From Acholeplasmatales bacterium (GTDB lineage Bacteria; Bacillota_I; Bacilli_A; Acholeplasmatales; Anaeroplasmataceae), in the NCBI GenBank assembly GCA_024697825.1, contig JAILEP010000043.1, positions 9,176 through 73,175 of the forward strand: a stretch of 64,000 bases of DNA, written 5' to 3'. Below are positions 19,567 through 28,931 of the stretch, piece by piece (within the stretch, counting starts at the first letter, position 1; each line of letters begins with the position of its first letter). Under the pieces are notes generated by a model. It was not told where the DNA came from and did no database searches. It saw only the letters and a program-made list of their open reading frames with translations. A program made the translations under genes and the position numbers.

Positions 19567-21111
19567 ATGAAGCACAGCAACAAAGGAATTGGTATGAGAG
19601 CGGTCAAAACCTCGATTGCCGTACTAATATGTATTGCAATATATTTACTAATAGTAGTAGTATTACATGCATTTGGTGTTACTACAGATTCACTTACAAC
19701 TAATAACACAGACTTTAGCGGTGTAAAATTCACAGGCTGGAAGGCAGCATTTAAGCTTGCAACAGAGGCTTATACTCCATTCTTTGCATGTATCGCAACA
19801 GCTTATTCACTTTCTTCAACTAGAAAGTCATCTATTAAGCTTGCAAACACAAGAATTCTTGCATCATTAATTGGTGGTTTATTTGGTGTATTATTAGTAT
19901 TCCTATATATTTCAATTACTAATCAGGATTGGGCATTCCAGTTCGTTTCTGCAACTGGTAATCCAACAGGTGGTATTTACGCTGCTGAATCTGGTGTAGA
20001 TTTCAAGGACTCTTATATATTAACTTACATTGGACCAATGATTTTAACTGCGGCAGCGTCTTTAGTTACTATTTGGGTATGTAAGCTAATTAAAAAGCCT
20101 GAGGCAGTATTTGCATCAGTTTTAACATTAACTGCTGTAATGACTTCCCTAGGTACAAATCCAATTGTTTATGGCTTCAATAGAATATTCTCAACTATTA
20201 TTGGTGTTGTTGTTGCACTTGGAGTTAATTTATTTAGACTTCCACATAGAACAAAGAACCAGGATATATTATTTACTATTGATATTGAAGGTGTTGTAAG
20301 AGAGGATAAGTCAACTCTTACAGGCTATATGAACTATAAGATTAATGATATGGTTGATAGAGGTGCGAATGTAACATTATTTACAACTCGTATCCCTAGA
20401 ACATTTATGCATATGTTTGGTACTGTTGAAATCAACAATCCAATCGTATGTATGAGTGGTGCCGCATTATATGATCCTAAGAAGCTTACTTATTTAGCAG
20501 TAGAAACTATTCCAGCTGATAAGGCTAAGCTACTTGATGTTGAGCTTGATAAGCTTGATGTTTCACCTTTTAAGAATTATATAATTGATGATTGCTTAAC
20601 AGTTTTCAATTCAAATATTTCTAACCTAGGTGAAAGATTAATGGCTGATAAGATGAAAAATGGTGGCTATGGTAATTTCTTTATTGGTGAAAATCCAAAT
20701 AAGGATATGGACGTTTTATTCTATATGATGATTGAACGTAAGGAAAAGATTGAAGCCATTAAGAAGGCTTTAGCTGATTCAGGACTAGATGAATATGTAG
20801 TTCTTCAATATTATGATTATTTTGATGAAAACTCAAAGGTTGTACCAGAATTAGTATACGTAAAGCTTTATAGCAAAAAGATTCTAGAGCTTAATGTTTT
20901 AAAGAATTACGTTCAAGAAAAGAAGCTACGTGTTGCTGGTTTAACAACAAATGTTATGGCAAATCATTTATTAGATAATGCTGATATTAAAATAACATCA
21001 GTTGAATGTAATGATGAGAATGTAATAAAGATGAATTCATACGATGATATATTTGCTCGTATGTCTAAAATTTACTATAGCAGTAAATATACAAGAAAGG
21101 ATGATAAATAA
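19567..21111 (+). CDS. FUSC/aromatic-acid-exporter-like membrane domain fused to a degenerate Cof-type HAD domain
   Basis: IGMRAVKTSIAV, PFFACI, NRIFSTIIG..VAL.VN, then ILFTIDIEG, LFTTR, PIVCMSGAALYDP. Confidence 0.75.
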   Translation: MKHSNKGIGMRAVKTSIAVLICIAIYLLIVVVLHAFGVTTDSLTTNNTDFSGVKFTGWKAAFKLATEAYTPFFACIATAYSLSSTRKSSIKLANTRILASLIGGLFGVLLVFLYISITNQDWAFQFVSATGNPTGGIYAAESGVDFKDSYILTYIGPMILTAAASLVTIWVCKLIKKPEAVFASVLTLTAVMTSLGTNPIVYGFNRIFSTIIGVVVALGVNLFRLPHRTKNQDILFTIDIEGVVREDKSTLTGYMNYKINDMVDRGANVTLFTTRIPRTFMHMFGTVEINNPIVCMSGAALYDPKKLTYLAVETIPADKAKLLDVELDKLDVSPFKNYIIDDCLTVFNSNISNLGERLMADKMKNGGYGNFFIGENPNKDMDVLFYMMIERKEKIEAIKKALADSGLDEYVVLQYYDYFDENSKVVPELVYVKLYSKKILELNVLKNYVQEKKLRVAGLTTNVMANHLLDNADIKITSVECNDENVIKMNSYDDIFARMSKIYYSSKYTRKDDK

Positions 21112-21935
21112 TGGGTAACGTATTAAAGGTTAGCGGAGTTTACGCACGTGTACCTGAAAAGGAAATTTTAAAGGGTCTTGATCTAGAAATTAAGACTGGT
21201 GAGGTTCACGCAATTATGGGTCCTAATGGAACTGGTAAGTCTACACTTTCTTCAGTTATTATGGGACAGAGACGTTACGAGGTTACAGCTGGTGATGTAA
21301 CACTTGATGGTGTTTCATTATTAGATAAGGAAGTTGATGAGCGTGCTAGAATGGGATTGTTCCTAGCATACCAGAATCCATCTGAGGTTCCTGGTGTTAC
21401 AAATTCTGATTTTATTAGAGCCGCTATGAAGGCTACAAGTGGTCAGAATCCATCCCTATTCAAGTTCATTAAGGAATATGACAAGGCAATCACAGATTTA
21501 AAGATGCCTGAGGATTTAGGACAGAGATATTTAAATGATGGCTTTTCTGGTGGTGAAAAGAAGAAAAATGAAATTCTTCAGCTAAAGATGCTAAAGCCTA
21601 AGTTTGCAATTTTAGATGAAATTGACTCTGGTCTAGATGTAGATGCATTACGTATCGTTGGTGAAAATGTATATAACATGGTTAATGAAAATATGGGTGT
21701 ATTATTAATCACTCATTACCAGAGATTATTAGATTATATTAAGCCTAATTACGTTCATATCATGATTAATGGTAGAATCGTAAAGACAGGTGGTCCTGAG
21801 CTAATCGAAAAGATTGACCAGCAGGGCTATGACTGGGTTAGAGAAGAGCTTGGCATTGAGATTGAGGCTAATACAGAACAAAAGACCCGTGTTCTATTAG
21901 GTGCTTGTGCCAATAATCCAAAGAAGCAGATTTAG
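21111..21935 (+). CDS. sufC: Fe-S cluster assembly ATPase
   Basis: GPNGTGKST, YLNDGFSGGEKK, ILDEIDSGLDVDAL, ITHYQRLL. Confidence 0.97.
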   Translation: MGNVLKVSGVYARVPEKEILKGLDLEIKTGEVHAIMGPNGTGKSTLSSVIMGQRRYEVTAGDVTLDGVSLLDKEVDERARMGLFLAYQNPSEVPGVTNSDFIRAAMKATSGQNPSLFKFIKEYDKAITDLKMPEDLGQRYLNDGFSGGEKKKNEILQLKMLKPKFAILDEIDSGLDVDALRIVGENVYNMVNENMGVLLITHYQRLLDYIKPNYVHIMINGRIVKTGGPELIEKIDQQGYDWVREELGIEIEANTEQKTRVLLGACANNPKKQI

Positions 21936-21937
21936 CT

Positions 21938-22708
21938 ATGTCTGAGACAAAGCTAATTAAGGTTTCTGATTTGGGTCAGTTGGAAATTAAGAAAACTGAA
22001 GACGTCATTTATCTTATTGATAGCAGTATTGAAATAGCTGTTAAGGCTGGGGTTAATGCTAAAATCATTGATACAGTTAATAATGGTAAAGTGCATATGA
22101 TTACTGAAGAGGATTCAGTAGTTAATTATTTCATTTTAGATAGCTCAAATACAGCTAGAGTATTTGATGTATTTGGTGAGGTTATAGCTAACGAGATTAA
22201 TGTAGAGCTTACTAAGGAAAGCCTTCACGTTAATTTATTAAAGCCAAATGCGTCATTTGATTTAAAGTGCTTATCATTTGCGATTTCATTTGATTCAGTG
22301 TTTGATATTTACGCAGATCATAAGGCTAAAGAGACGGTTTCAAATATTTCAAATGTTGGTATTGCCAAGAATAAGGGCAAGCTAGTATTTAATGTAACAG
22401 GTAAGATTCAAAAGGGTATGGCTAAGTCACATTGTGCTCAGCTTACTCGTGGTGTCGTTATGGATGATTATTCTAGAATTGACGCAATGCCTATTTTATT
22501 AATTGATGAATATGATTGTTTCGCAAATCATGGTGCATCAATTGGTAAGGTTTCAGATGAGGATTTATTCTATCTAATGAGCCGTGGTTTAACTAAGGAT
22601 CAGGCATTCCTATTAATTCTAGAGGGCATTATTAAGCCATTCATTGATAGAATCCCTGTTGAAGATTTAAAGGAAAAGATAAGTGAAGAGGTAGATCACT
22701 TACTTTAA
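21938..22708 (+). CDS. sufD: Fe-S cluster assembly protein SufD (short)
   Basis: PILLIDEYDCFANHGASIGKV…LFYLMSRG. Position in the suf operon. Confidence 0.9.
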   Translation: MSETKLIKVSDLGQLEIKKTEDVIYLIDSSIEIAVKAGVNAKIIDTVNNGKVHMITEEDSVVNYFILDSSNTARVFDVFGEVIANEINVELTKESLHVNLLKPNASFDLKCLSFAISFDSVFDIYADHKAKETVSNISNVGIAKNKGKLVFNVTGKIQKGMAKSHCAQLTRGVVMDDYSRIDAMPILLIDEYDCFANHGASIGKVSDEDLFYLMSRGLTKDQAFLLILEGIIKPFIDRIPVEDLKEKISEEVDHLL

Positions 22709-22723
22709 AAGGTGGTATTAATT

Positions 22724-23929
22724 ATGGATGTTAATAAAATTAGAGCAGACTTCCCTGTGTTTAGAAAAGAACCAGGCTTAGCCTATCTAGATAGTGCCGC
22801 AATGGCATTAAAGCCTGATTGTGTTATTAATGCATTAAATGATTATTATTGTAATTTAGGTGTTAATGTACACAGAGGTGTTTATAGATTAAGCTATGAA
22901 GCAACTGATAAATATGAACAAGCAAGAACAACTATTGCGAAATTCTTAAATTGTGATTTTGAAGAGGTAGTATTTACAAGAGGCTCTTCATCAGCACTAA
23001 ATTTAGTTGCCCAAAGCTATGGTATGACATTCCTAAAGCCAGGTGATGAGGTTATCACATCTGAGCTTGAGCATCATTCATCACATATGCCTTGGTTTAA
23101 TGTTTGCGAAAAGAAGGGTGCTACATTAAAATATGTTCCACTTGATGAGGAAAATAGAATAACAGTAGAAAACTTCAAGAAGGTTTTAACTCCAAAGACA
23201 AAGGTTGTAGCTTTAACCTATGTTTCTAATGTAATGGGTTATATTACACCTATTAAGGAAATAATAAAGCTTGCACACGAGGTTGGTGCAATTGTTACAG
23301 TAGATGGTGCTCAATCAGTTCCTCATATGAAGACTGATGTAAAAGACCTTGATTGTGATTTCATTTCATTTTCAGGTCATAAGCTATGTGGACCTACAGG
23401 TATTGGTGTTTTATATGGTAAGCGTGCCTTATTAGAAAAGATGCCTCCTGTTGAATTCGGTGGCGATATGGCAGATACTGTACTATTAGATTCACAGACT
23501 TATAAGGCAGCCCCTTACAAGTTTGAAACAGGTACACCTATTATTGCAGGAGCTATTGGCTTAGCAGCTGCATGTGAATATATTGAATCTATTGGTTTTG
23601 ATAATATTATTAAGCATGAGCATGATTTAAAGGAAAAGGCTATTGCAGAATTAAAGAAGATTCCAGGAGTTATTATTTATAATCCTACTGGTGAAACTGG
23701 AACAATTGCCTTTAATTTAGATGGTGTTCATCCACATGATGCAGCATCAGTATTTGATAATAATGATGTATGTATTAGAGCAGGTCACCACTGTGCTCAG
23801 CTTATTACTAAAAAGCTTGGTACAATAGGTACTGTTAGAGCTTCATTCTATTTTTATAATACTGAGGCTGATATTGATAAATTTATAAAGGCTGTTAAGG
23901 AAGCAAAGGATTTCTTTGGACAGTTTTAA
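22724..23929 (+). CDS. sufS: Cysteine desulfurase
   Basis: YLDSAA, VHRG, EHHS, DGAQS, FSGHK (PLP Lys), RAGHHCAQ. Confidence 0.97.
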   Translation: MDVNKIRADFPVFRKEPGLAYLDSAAMALKPDCVINALNDYYCNLGVNVHRGVYRLSYEATDKYEQARTTIAKFLNCDFEEVVFTRGSSSALNLVAQSYGMTFLKPGDEVITSELEHHSSHMPWFNVCEKKGATLKYVPLDEENRITVENFKKVLTPKTKVVALTYVSNVMGYITPIKEIIKLAHEVGAIVTVDGAQSVPHMKTDVKDLDCDFISFSGHKLCGPTGIGVLYGKRALLEKMPPVEFGGDMADTVLLDSQTYKAAPYKFETGTPIIAGAIGLAAACEYIESIGFDNIIKHEHDLKEKAIAELKKIPGVIIYNPTGETGTIAFNLDGVHPHDAASVFDNNDVCIRAGHHCAQLITKKLGTIGTVRASFYFYNTEADIDKFIKAVKEAKDFFGQF

Positions 23930-23968
23930 TTCATAATTTAAGTCGAAGAGACTTTGGAGGTATAGAGT

Positions 23969-24412
23969 ATGGATTTAAATACATTATACAGAACAGTAAT
24001 CATGGATAATTATAAGAATCCAAAGAATAAGGGTTTGACTAATAGAGATGATTATCACTTCGTTCATTTAAATAATCCATCATGTGGTGATGAGATGAAT
24101 GTTGAAGTGAAGGTAGAAAATGGTATAATAAAAGATATAAGACAGGATGGTCATGGATGTTCAATATCTATGTCAAGTGCATCTGTTATGTCAGATCTTT
24201 TAATTGGTAAAACTGTTGAAGAGGCTAGAAAGCTAATCACTGATTTTTATGGTGTAGTAATTGGCCAGACTCCAGAGGATGAGGATGCCTTAGGTGAGGC
24301 AATCGCATATATGGGTGTTAGACAGTTCCCTGCCAGAGTAAAATGTGCCACATTAGCCTGGAAGGCAATAGAAAAAGGATTAGATGAGGTGAGCGGAGAT
24401 GGCAGACAGTAA
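23969..24412 (+). CDS. sufU: SUF system sulfur-transfer/scaffold protein
   Basis: [29 protein letters not shown]. Confidence 0.95.
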   Translation: MDLNTLYRTVIMDNYKNPKNKGLTNRDDYHFVHLNNPSCGDEMNVEVKVENGIIKDIRQDGHGCSISMSSASVMSDLLIGKTVEEARKLITDFYGVVIGQTPEDEDALGEAIAYMGVRQFPARVKCATLAWKAIEKGLDEVSGDGRQ

Positions 24413-25808
24413 GCACATTGCCAATGAAATTGTTGGTGATTATAAATATGGCTTTACTACTGATGCTGAAACTGTTTTATCATCAGGTAAGGGTCTTAAT
24501 GAAGATGTAGTCAGATTCATTTCAAAGGCTAAGAATGAGCCTGATTGGATGTTAGATATCCGTTTAAAGGCTTATAGAGCATTCGTAAAGATGGAAAATC
24601 CTAAGTGGGGTCCTGATTTATCTGGAATTGATTTTCAGGAATACACTTATTATATTAAGTCTAGTGAAAAGGCTGAGGATAAATGGGAGGATGTACCAGA
24701 GGCTATCAAGGAAACATTTGATAAGCTAGGTATTCCTGAGGCTGAAAGAAAATATTTAGCTGGTACCTCAACACAGTTTGAGTCTGAGGTTGTTTACCAC
24801 AAGAATTTAAAGGAGCTTGAGGATCAGGGTGTAATCTTCTGTGATACAGATACTGGTTTAAGAGAATATCCTGAAATTTTTAAGGAATACTTTGGTAAGC
24901 TTGTCCCATATACAGATAATAAATATGCAGCCTTAAATACTGCAGTATGGAGTGGTGGTTCATTCATTTATGTTCCAAAGGGCGTAGTATTAACTAAGCC
25001 TGTTCAGTCATATTTCAGAATTAATTCTGAAAGAATGGGACAGTTTGAAAGAACATTAATCATTGTTGAGGATGATGCGGATGTACATTATGTAGAAGGA
25101 TGTACAGCTCCAATTTATTCTAAGGATTCCTTACATGCAGCTGTAGTAGAAATATTCGTTAAGAAGAGAGCACATTGTAGATATTCTACAATTCAGAACT
25201 GGTCTAATAATATCGTTAACCTAGTTACAAAGAGAACTTTAGTTGAGGATTATGGCCATATGGAATGGATTGATGGAAATGTCGGCTCTGGTTTAAATAT
25301 GAAGTATCCTGCCTGTGTACTTAAGGGCAAGGGTGCAAAGGGTACAACTATTAGTATCGCATTTGCATCTGAGGGCCAGCTTCAGGACGCAGGTGCTAAG
25401 ATGATTCATCTTGGTGAAAACACAACTTCAACAATTATTTCTAAGTCAATCTGCCGAGGCGGTGGAAAGGTTAACTATCGTGGTATGGTTAAGTTTAATC
25501 CAACTGCTAAGGGCTCTAGATCGCACGTAGAATGTGATACTCTAATCTTAGATGACAAGTCTACATCTGATACTATTCCATTAAATTCAAGTGAGAATAG
25601 CGATATGTATATCGAGCATGAGGCTACAGTATCTAAGGTAAACGAGGATCAGCTATTCTATCTAATGAGCCGAGGCTTAACTGAAGCAGAAGCAACTGAA
25701 ATGATTGTCATGGGATTCATTGAGCCATTCTCAAGAGAATTACCAATGGAGTATGCGGTAGAGCTAAACCGTTTAATTAAGCTCGAAATGACAGATTCAG
25801 TAGGCTAG
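24399..25808 (+). CDS. sufB: Fe-S cluster assembly protein SufB
   Basis: [29 protein letters not shown]-like [21 protein letters not shown]. Confidence 0.97.
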   Translation: MADSKHIANEIVGDYKYGFTTDAETVLSSGKGLNEDVVRFISKAKNEPDWMLDIRLKAYRAFVKMENPKWGPDLSGIDFQEYTYYIKSSEKAEDKWEDVPEAIKETFDKLGIPEAERKYLAGTSTQFESEVVYHKNLKELEDQGVIFCDTDTGLREYPEIFKEYFGKLVPYTDNKYAALNTAVWSGGSFIYVPKGVVLTKPVQSYFRINSERMGQFERTLIIVEDDADVHYVEGCTAPIYSKDSLHAAVVEIFVKKRAHCRYSTIQNWSNNIVNLVTKRTLVEDYGHMEWIDGNVGSGLNMKYPACVLKGKGAKGTTISIAFASEGQLQDAGAKMIHLGENTTSTIISKSICRGGGKVNYRGMVKFNPTAKGSRSHVECDTLILDDKSTSDTIPLNSSENSDMYIEHEATVSKVNEDQLFYLMSRGLTEAEATEMIVMGFIEPFSRELPMEYAVELNRLIKLEMTDSVG

Positions 25809-25821
25809 GAGGGTTAAGAAT

Positions 25822-26154
25822 ATGTTAAAGGTTTTTATTCAGGTTTTATTTCATTTAGTAGTAACTGCAGTCGGAGTATTATTAATTGTATTTGGTATTC
25901 TAGACGAAAAGCAGGCAATGTGGGTTGCAGGTATCATTGTATTAGTTACAGGTAATATCGCAGCTTACGTATTATTATTCCTATTAGGTTTAATAATGAT
26001 TCCATTTGCACGTTCAGTAGATTCAGAAACTGGTGTTAATGCAAATAGAATTCAAAACAGAAAGAAAACTTGTAATGCTTGTGGCGAGACAGTAGATTTT
26101 TCAGTAATCGAATGTCCTAAGTGCAAAGGCAAGCTATTTACAGAAGTTAAGTAG
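25822..26154 (+). CDS. Small 2-TM protein with C-terminal zinc ribbon
   Basis: Two hydrophobic helices, then CNAC…CPKC. Confidence 0.75.
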   Translation: MLKVFIQVLFHLVVTAVGVLLIVFGILDEKQAMWVAGIIVLVTGNIAAYVLLFLLGLIMIPFARSVDSETGVNANRIQNRKKTCNACGETVDFSVIECPKCKGKLFTEVK

Positions 26155-26178
26155 TAGATTATAAGAGGGATTGAAAAA

Positions 26179-26508
26179 ATGAAGAGATTTTGTCGTGCGC
26201 AAATAATTACACATATTGTTTTAGCAATTATTGGTGTTGCTTTAATTGTCTTTGGCATTGTTCAAATAGCAAGAGGAGAAACAGGGTTTGGTGCAACTAT
26301 ATATATTTTTTTAGGAATTGCGGCAAGCTTATTGCTTAATATGATTGTATTCTTCGTATTTGCCTTACATCATAATATGAAGAATTATAATACTCATTCT
26401 TCTGATATTGATGATGAGCTAAAGGCAGCTGAGGCTCAAGGTAGAGAACCTGAGCCAGTGGTTTCAGATTCATTAAATAATAAGATTAATAATCTTAATA
26501 ACGATTAG
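26179..26508 (+). CDS. Small 2-TM protein, paralog of the downstream gene, no zinc ribbon
   Basis: Two TM. AEAQGREPEPVVSDSL matches AKAEGREPEPTVSETL in the next gene. Confidence 0.75.
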   Translation: MKRFCRAQIITHIVLAIIGVALIVFGIVQIARGETGFGATIYIFLGIAASLLLNMIVFFVFALHHNMKNYNTHSSDIDDELKAAEAQGREPEPVVSDSLNNKINNLNND

Positions 26509-26523
26509 AAGAGGATATATTTT

Positions 26524-27015
26524 ATGAAACCATTGAGAATTGTTGAAATAATATTACATATTTTAATTATTGCTATAGGTGTTTTCCTATTAGTAAAGGG
26601 CTTTAGGGCATTTAATAGTGATGATTTTGAAACAGCATCATCTGGCGGAGGATATATCTTTGGAGGCTTTGCGCTAATAACATTTGCAAATGTGGTGGTA
26701 TTCATCATATTTAGTGCTATATGTGCAGCTCAAGATAATATCAAATTAAAGGAAGCTAGACAGGCTGAAATCGAAAAGGCTAAGGCTGAGGGTAGAGAAC
26801 CTGAACCAACAGTATCTGAAACCTTAAGCAAGGAATTAGAAAATTTAAGTAATAACTTAAAAAATGCTTTTGCATCAGTTAATCCTAATACTAAAAATGC
26901 TAATCCTAAAAAGAGGTATAAATACTGTACATTTTGTGATAGCCGAGTAGAAGAAAGTGTCAATGAATGTCCTTATTGTGGTGCTCACGATTTCACAGAA
27001 TCAAAAATTGAGTAA
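26524..27015 (+). CDS. Small 2-TM protein with C-terminal zinc ribbon
   Basis: Two TM, GREPEP linker, CTFC…CPYCG. Confidence 0.75.
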   Translation: MKPLRIVEIILHILIIAIGVFLLVKGFRAFNSDDFETASSGGGYIFGGFALITFANVVVFIIFSAICAAQDNIKLKEARQAEIEKAKAEGREPEPTVSETLSKELENLSNNLKNAFASVNPNTKNANPKKRYKYCTFCDSRVEESVNECPYCGAHDFTESKIE

Positions 27016-27020
27016 TTAAT

Positions 27021-27049
27021 AACAGAACTGAATTATTCAGTTCTGTTTT
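27021..27049 (+). terminator. Intrinsic terminator after the suf/zinc-ribbon run
   Basis: aacagaactgaa-tta-ttcagttctgtt-tt. Confidence 0.8.
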
Positions 27050-27247
27050 CTTTTAATCTAAGACGCTGAAATCAGTCAAAAATAGCCTCTATAATTAGTT
27101 TTTTAGGAATAATTGTATAATTATACAAAAATGCTTAAAACTTATAAAAAATAATAAATTTTGGACATTTACAGTTATTGTAATTATGTAATAATTAATC
27201 TAATTGTAGTATAATAGTTCTATAGTTTGAAAAAAGGAGATAATAAT

Positions 27248-28711
27248 ATGGCATGTACAACAATTTTAGTAGGTAAAAAGGCTAGCTATAATGGTTCTAC
27301 AATGATTGCAAGAAATGATGATGGTCATTTCGATGTAAAAAAGCTAATTGTAGTAGAACCAAAGAATCAGCCTAGAAAATATAAGAGTAAAATAGGTCAT
27401 TTAGAAATTGAATTACCAGATAATCCACTTAGATATACATCTAATCCAAGTGTTGATCCAACAGATGGCATTTGGCCAGCTAATGGTATTAATGAGCTTA
27501 ATGTTGCGATGACTGCAACTGAAACTATTACAACTAATTCAAGAGTTGCAGGAGCTGACCCACTTGTTAAATATCAAAAGGCTAAAACAAAGAAGGAAAA
27601 GGATATTCCTGGCGGAATTGGTGAAGAGGATTTAGTCGCAATCGTTCTTCCTTATATTCATTCTGCAAGAGAAGGCGTAGAAAGATTAGGTATGTTACTA
27701 GAAAAATATGGTACATACGAAAACAATGGTATTGCCTTTAGTGATCAGGATGAAATTTGGTGGTTAGAATCAATTGGTGGTCATCACTGGATCGCAAGAA
27801 GAGTTAAGGATGATGAATATGTATTAATGCCTAATCAGTTTGGCTTAGATAGATTTGATTTTGATGATGCATATGGTGCTAAAAAGGAAAATATGTGTTC
27901 ATCTGATTTAAAGGAATTTGTTGAAAAATATCATTTAGATTTAAATACTGATGGTAAATTTAATCCAAGATATTGTTTTGGTAGCCGTACAGATTCAGAT
28001 CATGTCTATAACACACCAAGAGGCTGGTTTATCGCAAGATATTTTAATCCTAATACATATAAATGGGATGGACCTAATGCCGATTTCACACCTGAAAGTG
28101 ATGATATTCCTTGGGCTTTAGTACCTGAAAAGAAGATTACTGAGGATGATATTAAATATATCCTATCATCATATTATCAAGGAACACCTTATAATCCATA
28201 TACTAAGGCCGATAATCCACTTAAAGGAATCTACCGTCCAATTGGAATTTCTCGTACTGGTGTTATGGAAATCCTTCAAATTAGAAATGATGTACCAGAT
28301 GAAATTAAGGCAATTACATGGTTATCATTTGGAGCTAATCCATTTAATTCAAGCCTTGCACTTTATGCAAATGTAGCTAAATTCCCTAAATATGTTTCTG
28401 ATGTAACATTAGATACATCTACAGAAAATTTCTATTGGGTAAATAGATTAATTGGCGCCTTAGCTGATCCTAATTTTGGCGCATCTATTCAGTGGATTGA
28501 GCGTTATCAGGCTGCAGTTGCTAACCAAAGCCATGAGCTAATTAATAAATTTGATAAGAAGTTCTTAGAAACTCGTGATTTAAAGGTATTAGTAGAAGCT
28601 AATGAAGCTTTATGCAAGATGGCTAAAAAGGAAGCTACATTTACTTTAAATAAGGTATTAGCTGTATCAAGCCAGGCTATGAAGTGTGGCTATTCAAGAA
28701 GTGATAATTAA
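27248..28711 (+). CDS. pepD: C69-family dipeptidase (PepD-like)
   Basis: MACTTILVGK N-terminus (Cys nucleophile), IARNDD, NVAMTATET, HSAREGV, YRPIG. Confidence 0.9.
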   Translation: MACTTILVGKKASYNGSTMIARNDDGHFDVKKLIVVEPKNQPRKYKSKIGHLEIELPDNPLRYTSNPSVDPTDGIWPANGINELNVAMTATETITTNSRVAGADPLVKYQKAKTKKEKDIPGGIGEEDLVAIVLPYIHSAREGVERLGMLLEKYGTYENNGIAFSDQDEIWWLESIGGHHWIARRVKDDEYVLMPNQFGLDRFDFDDAYGAKKENMCSSDLKEFVEKYHLDLNTDGKFNPRYCFGSRTDSDHVYNTPRGWFIARYFNPNTYKWDGPNADFTPESDDIPWALVPEKKITEDDIKYILSSYYQGTPYNPYTKADNPLKGIYRPIGISRTGVMEILQIRNDVPDEIKAITWLSFGANPFNSSLALYANVAKFPKYVSDVTLDTSTENFYWVNRLIGALADPNFGASIQWIERYQAAVANQSHELINKFDKKFLETRDLKVLVEANEALCKMAKKEATFTLNKVLAVSSQAMKCGYSRSDN

Positions 28712-28721
28712 GAGGTAGAAT

Positions 28722-28895
28722 ATGGTAAAGGATCCAAATATAATACTTAGTATTATCAATCTAAAGCTTAGAGACTATTATCCTAGCTTAGATGAGCTAT
28801 TATATGATTTAGAGGACGCAGAGGAAATGATTAAAATTCTAACTGATGCAGGCTATAAATACGATAGTAGCACAAATCAATTTAAGAGCTGTTAA
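28722..28895 (+). CDS. Small protein, DUF4250-like (57 aa; not in the ORF track)
   Basis: MVKDPNIILSIINLKLRDYYPSLDELLYDL…AGYKYDSSTNQFKSC. RBS agaggt. Confidence 0.8.
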   Translation: MVKDPNIILSIINLKLRDYYPSLDELLYDLEDAEEMIKILTDAGYKYDSSTNQFKSC

Positions 28896-28923
28896 AAAAT
28901 GGTGGTCAAATGACCACCATTTT
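28894..28923. terminator. Bidirectional terminator between convergent peptidase loci
   Basis: aaaaatggtggtca-aa-tgaccaccatttt. Confidence 0.8.
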
Positions 28924-28931
28924 ACTTTATA

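Noticed and set aside
8023-19733. Short ORFs at 8023, 9138, 11530, 11824, 13779, 15158, 17209, 17519, 18830 and 19473
   Set aside because: Antisense to, or overlapping, well-supported genes or promoters; no independent coding signal.
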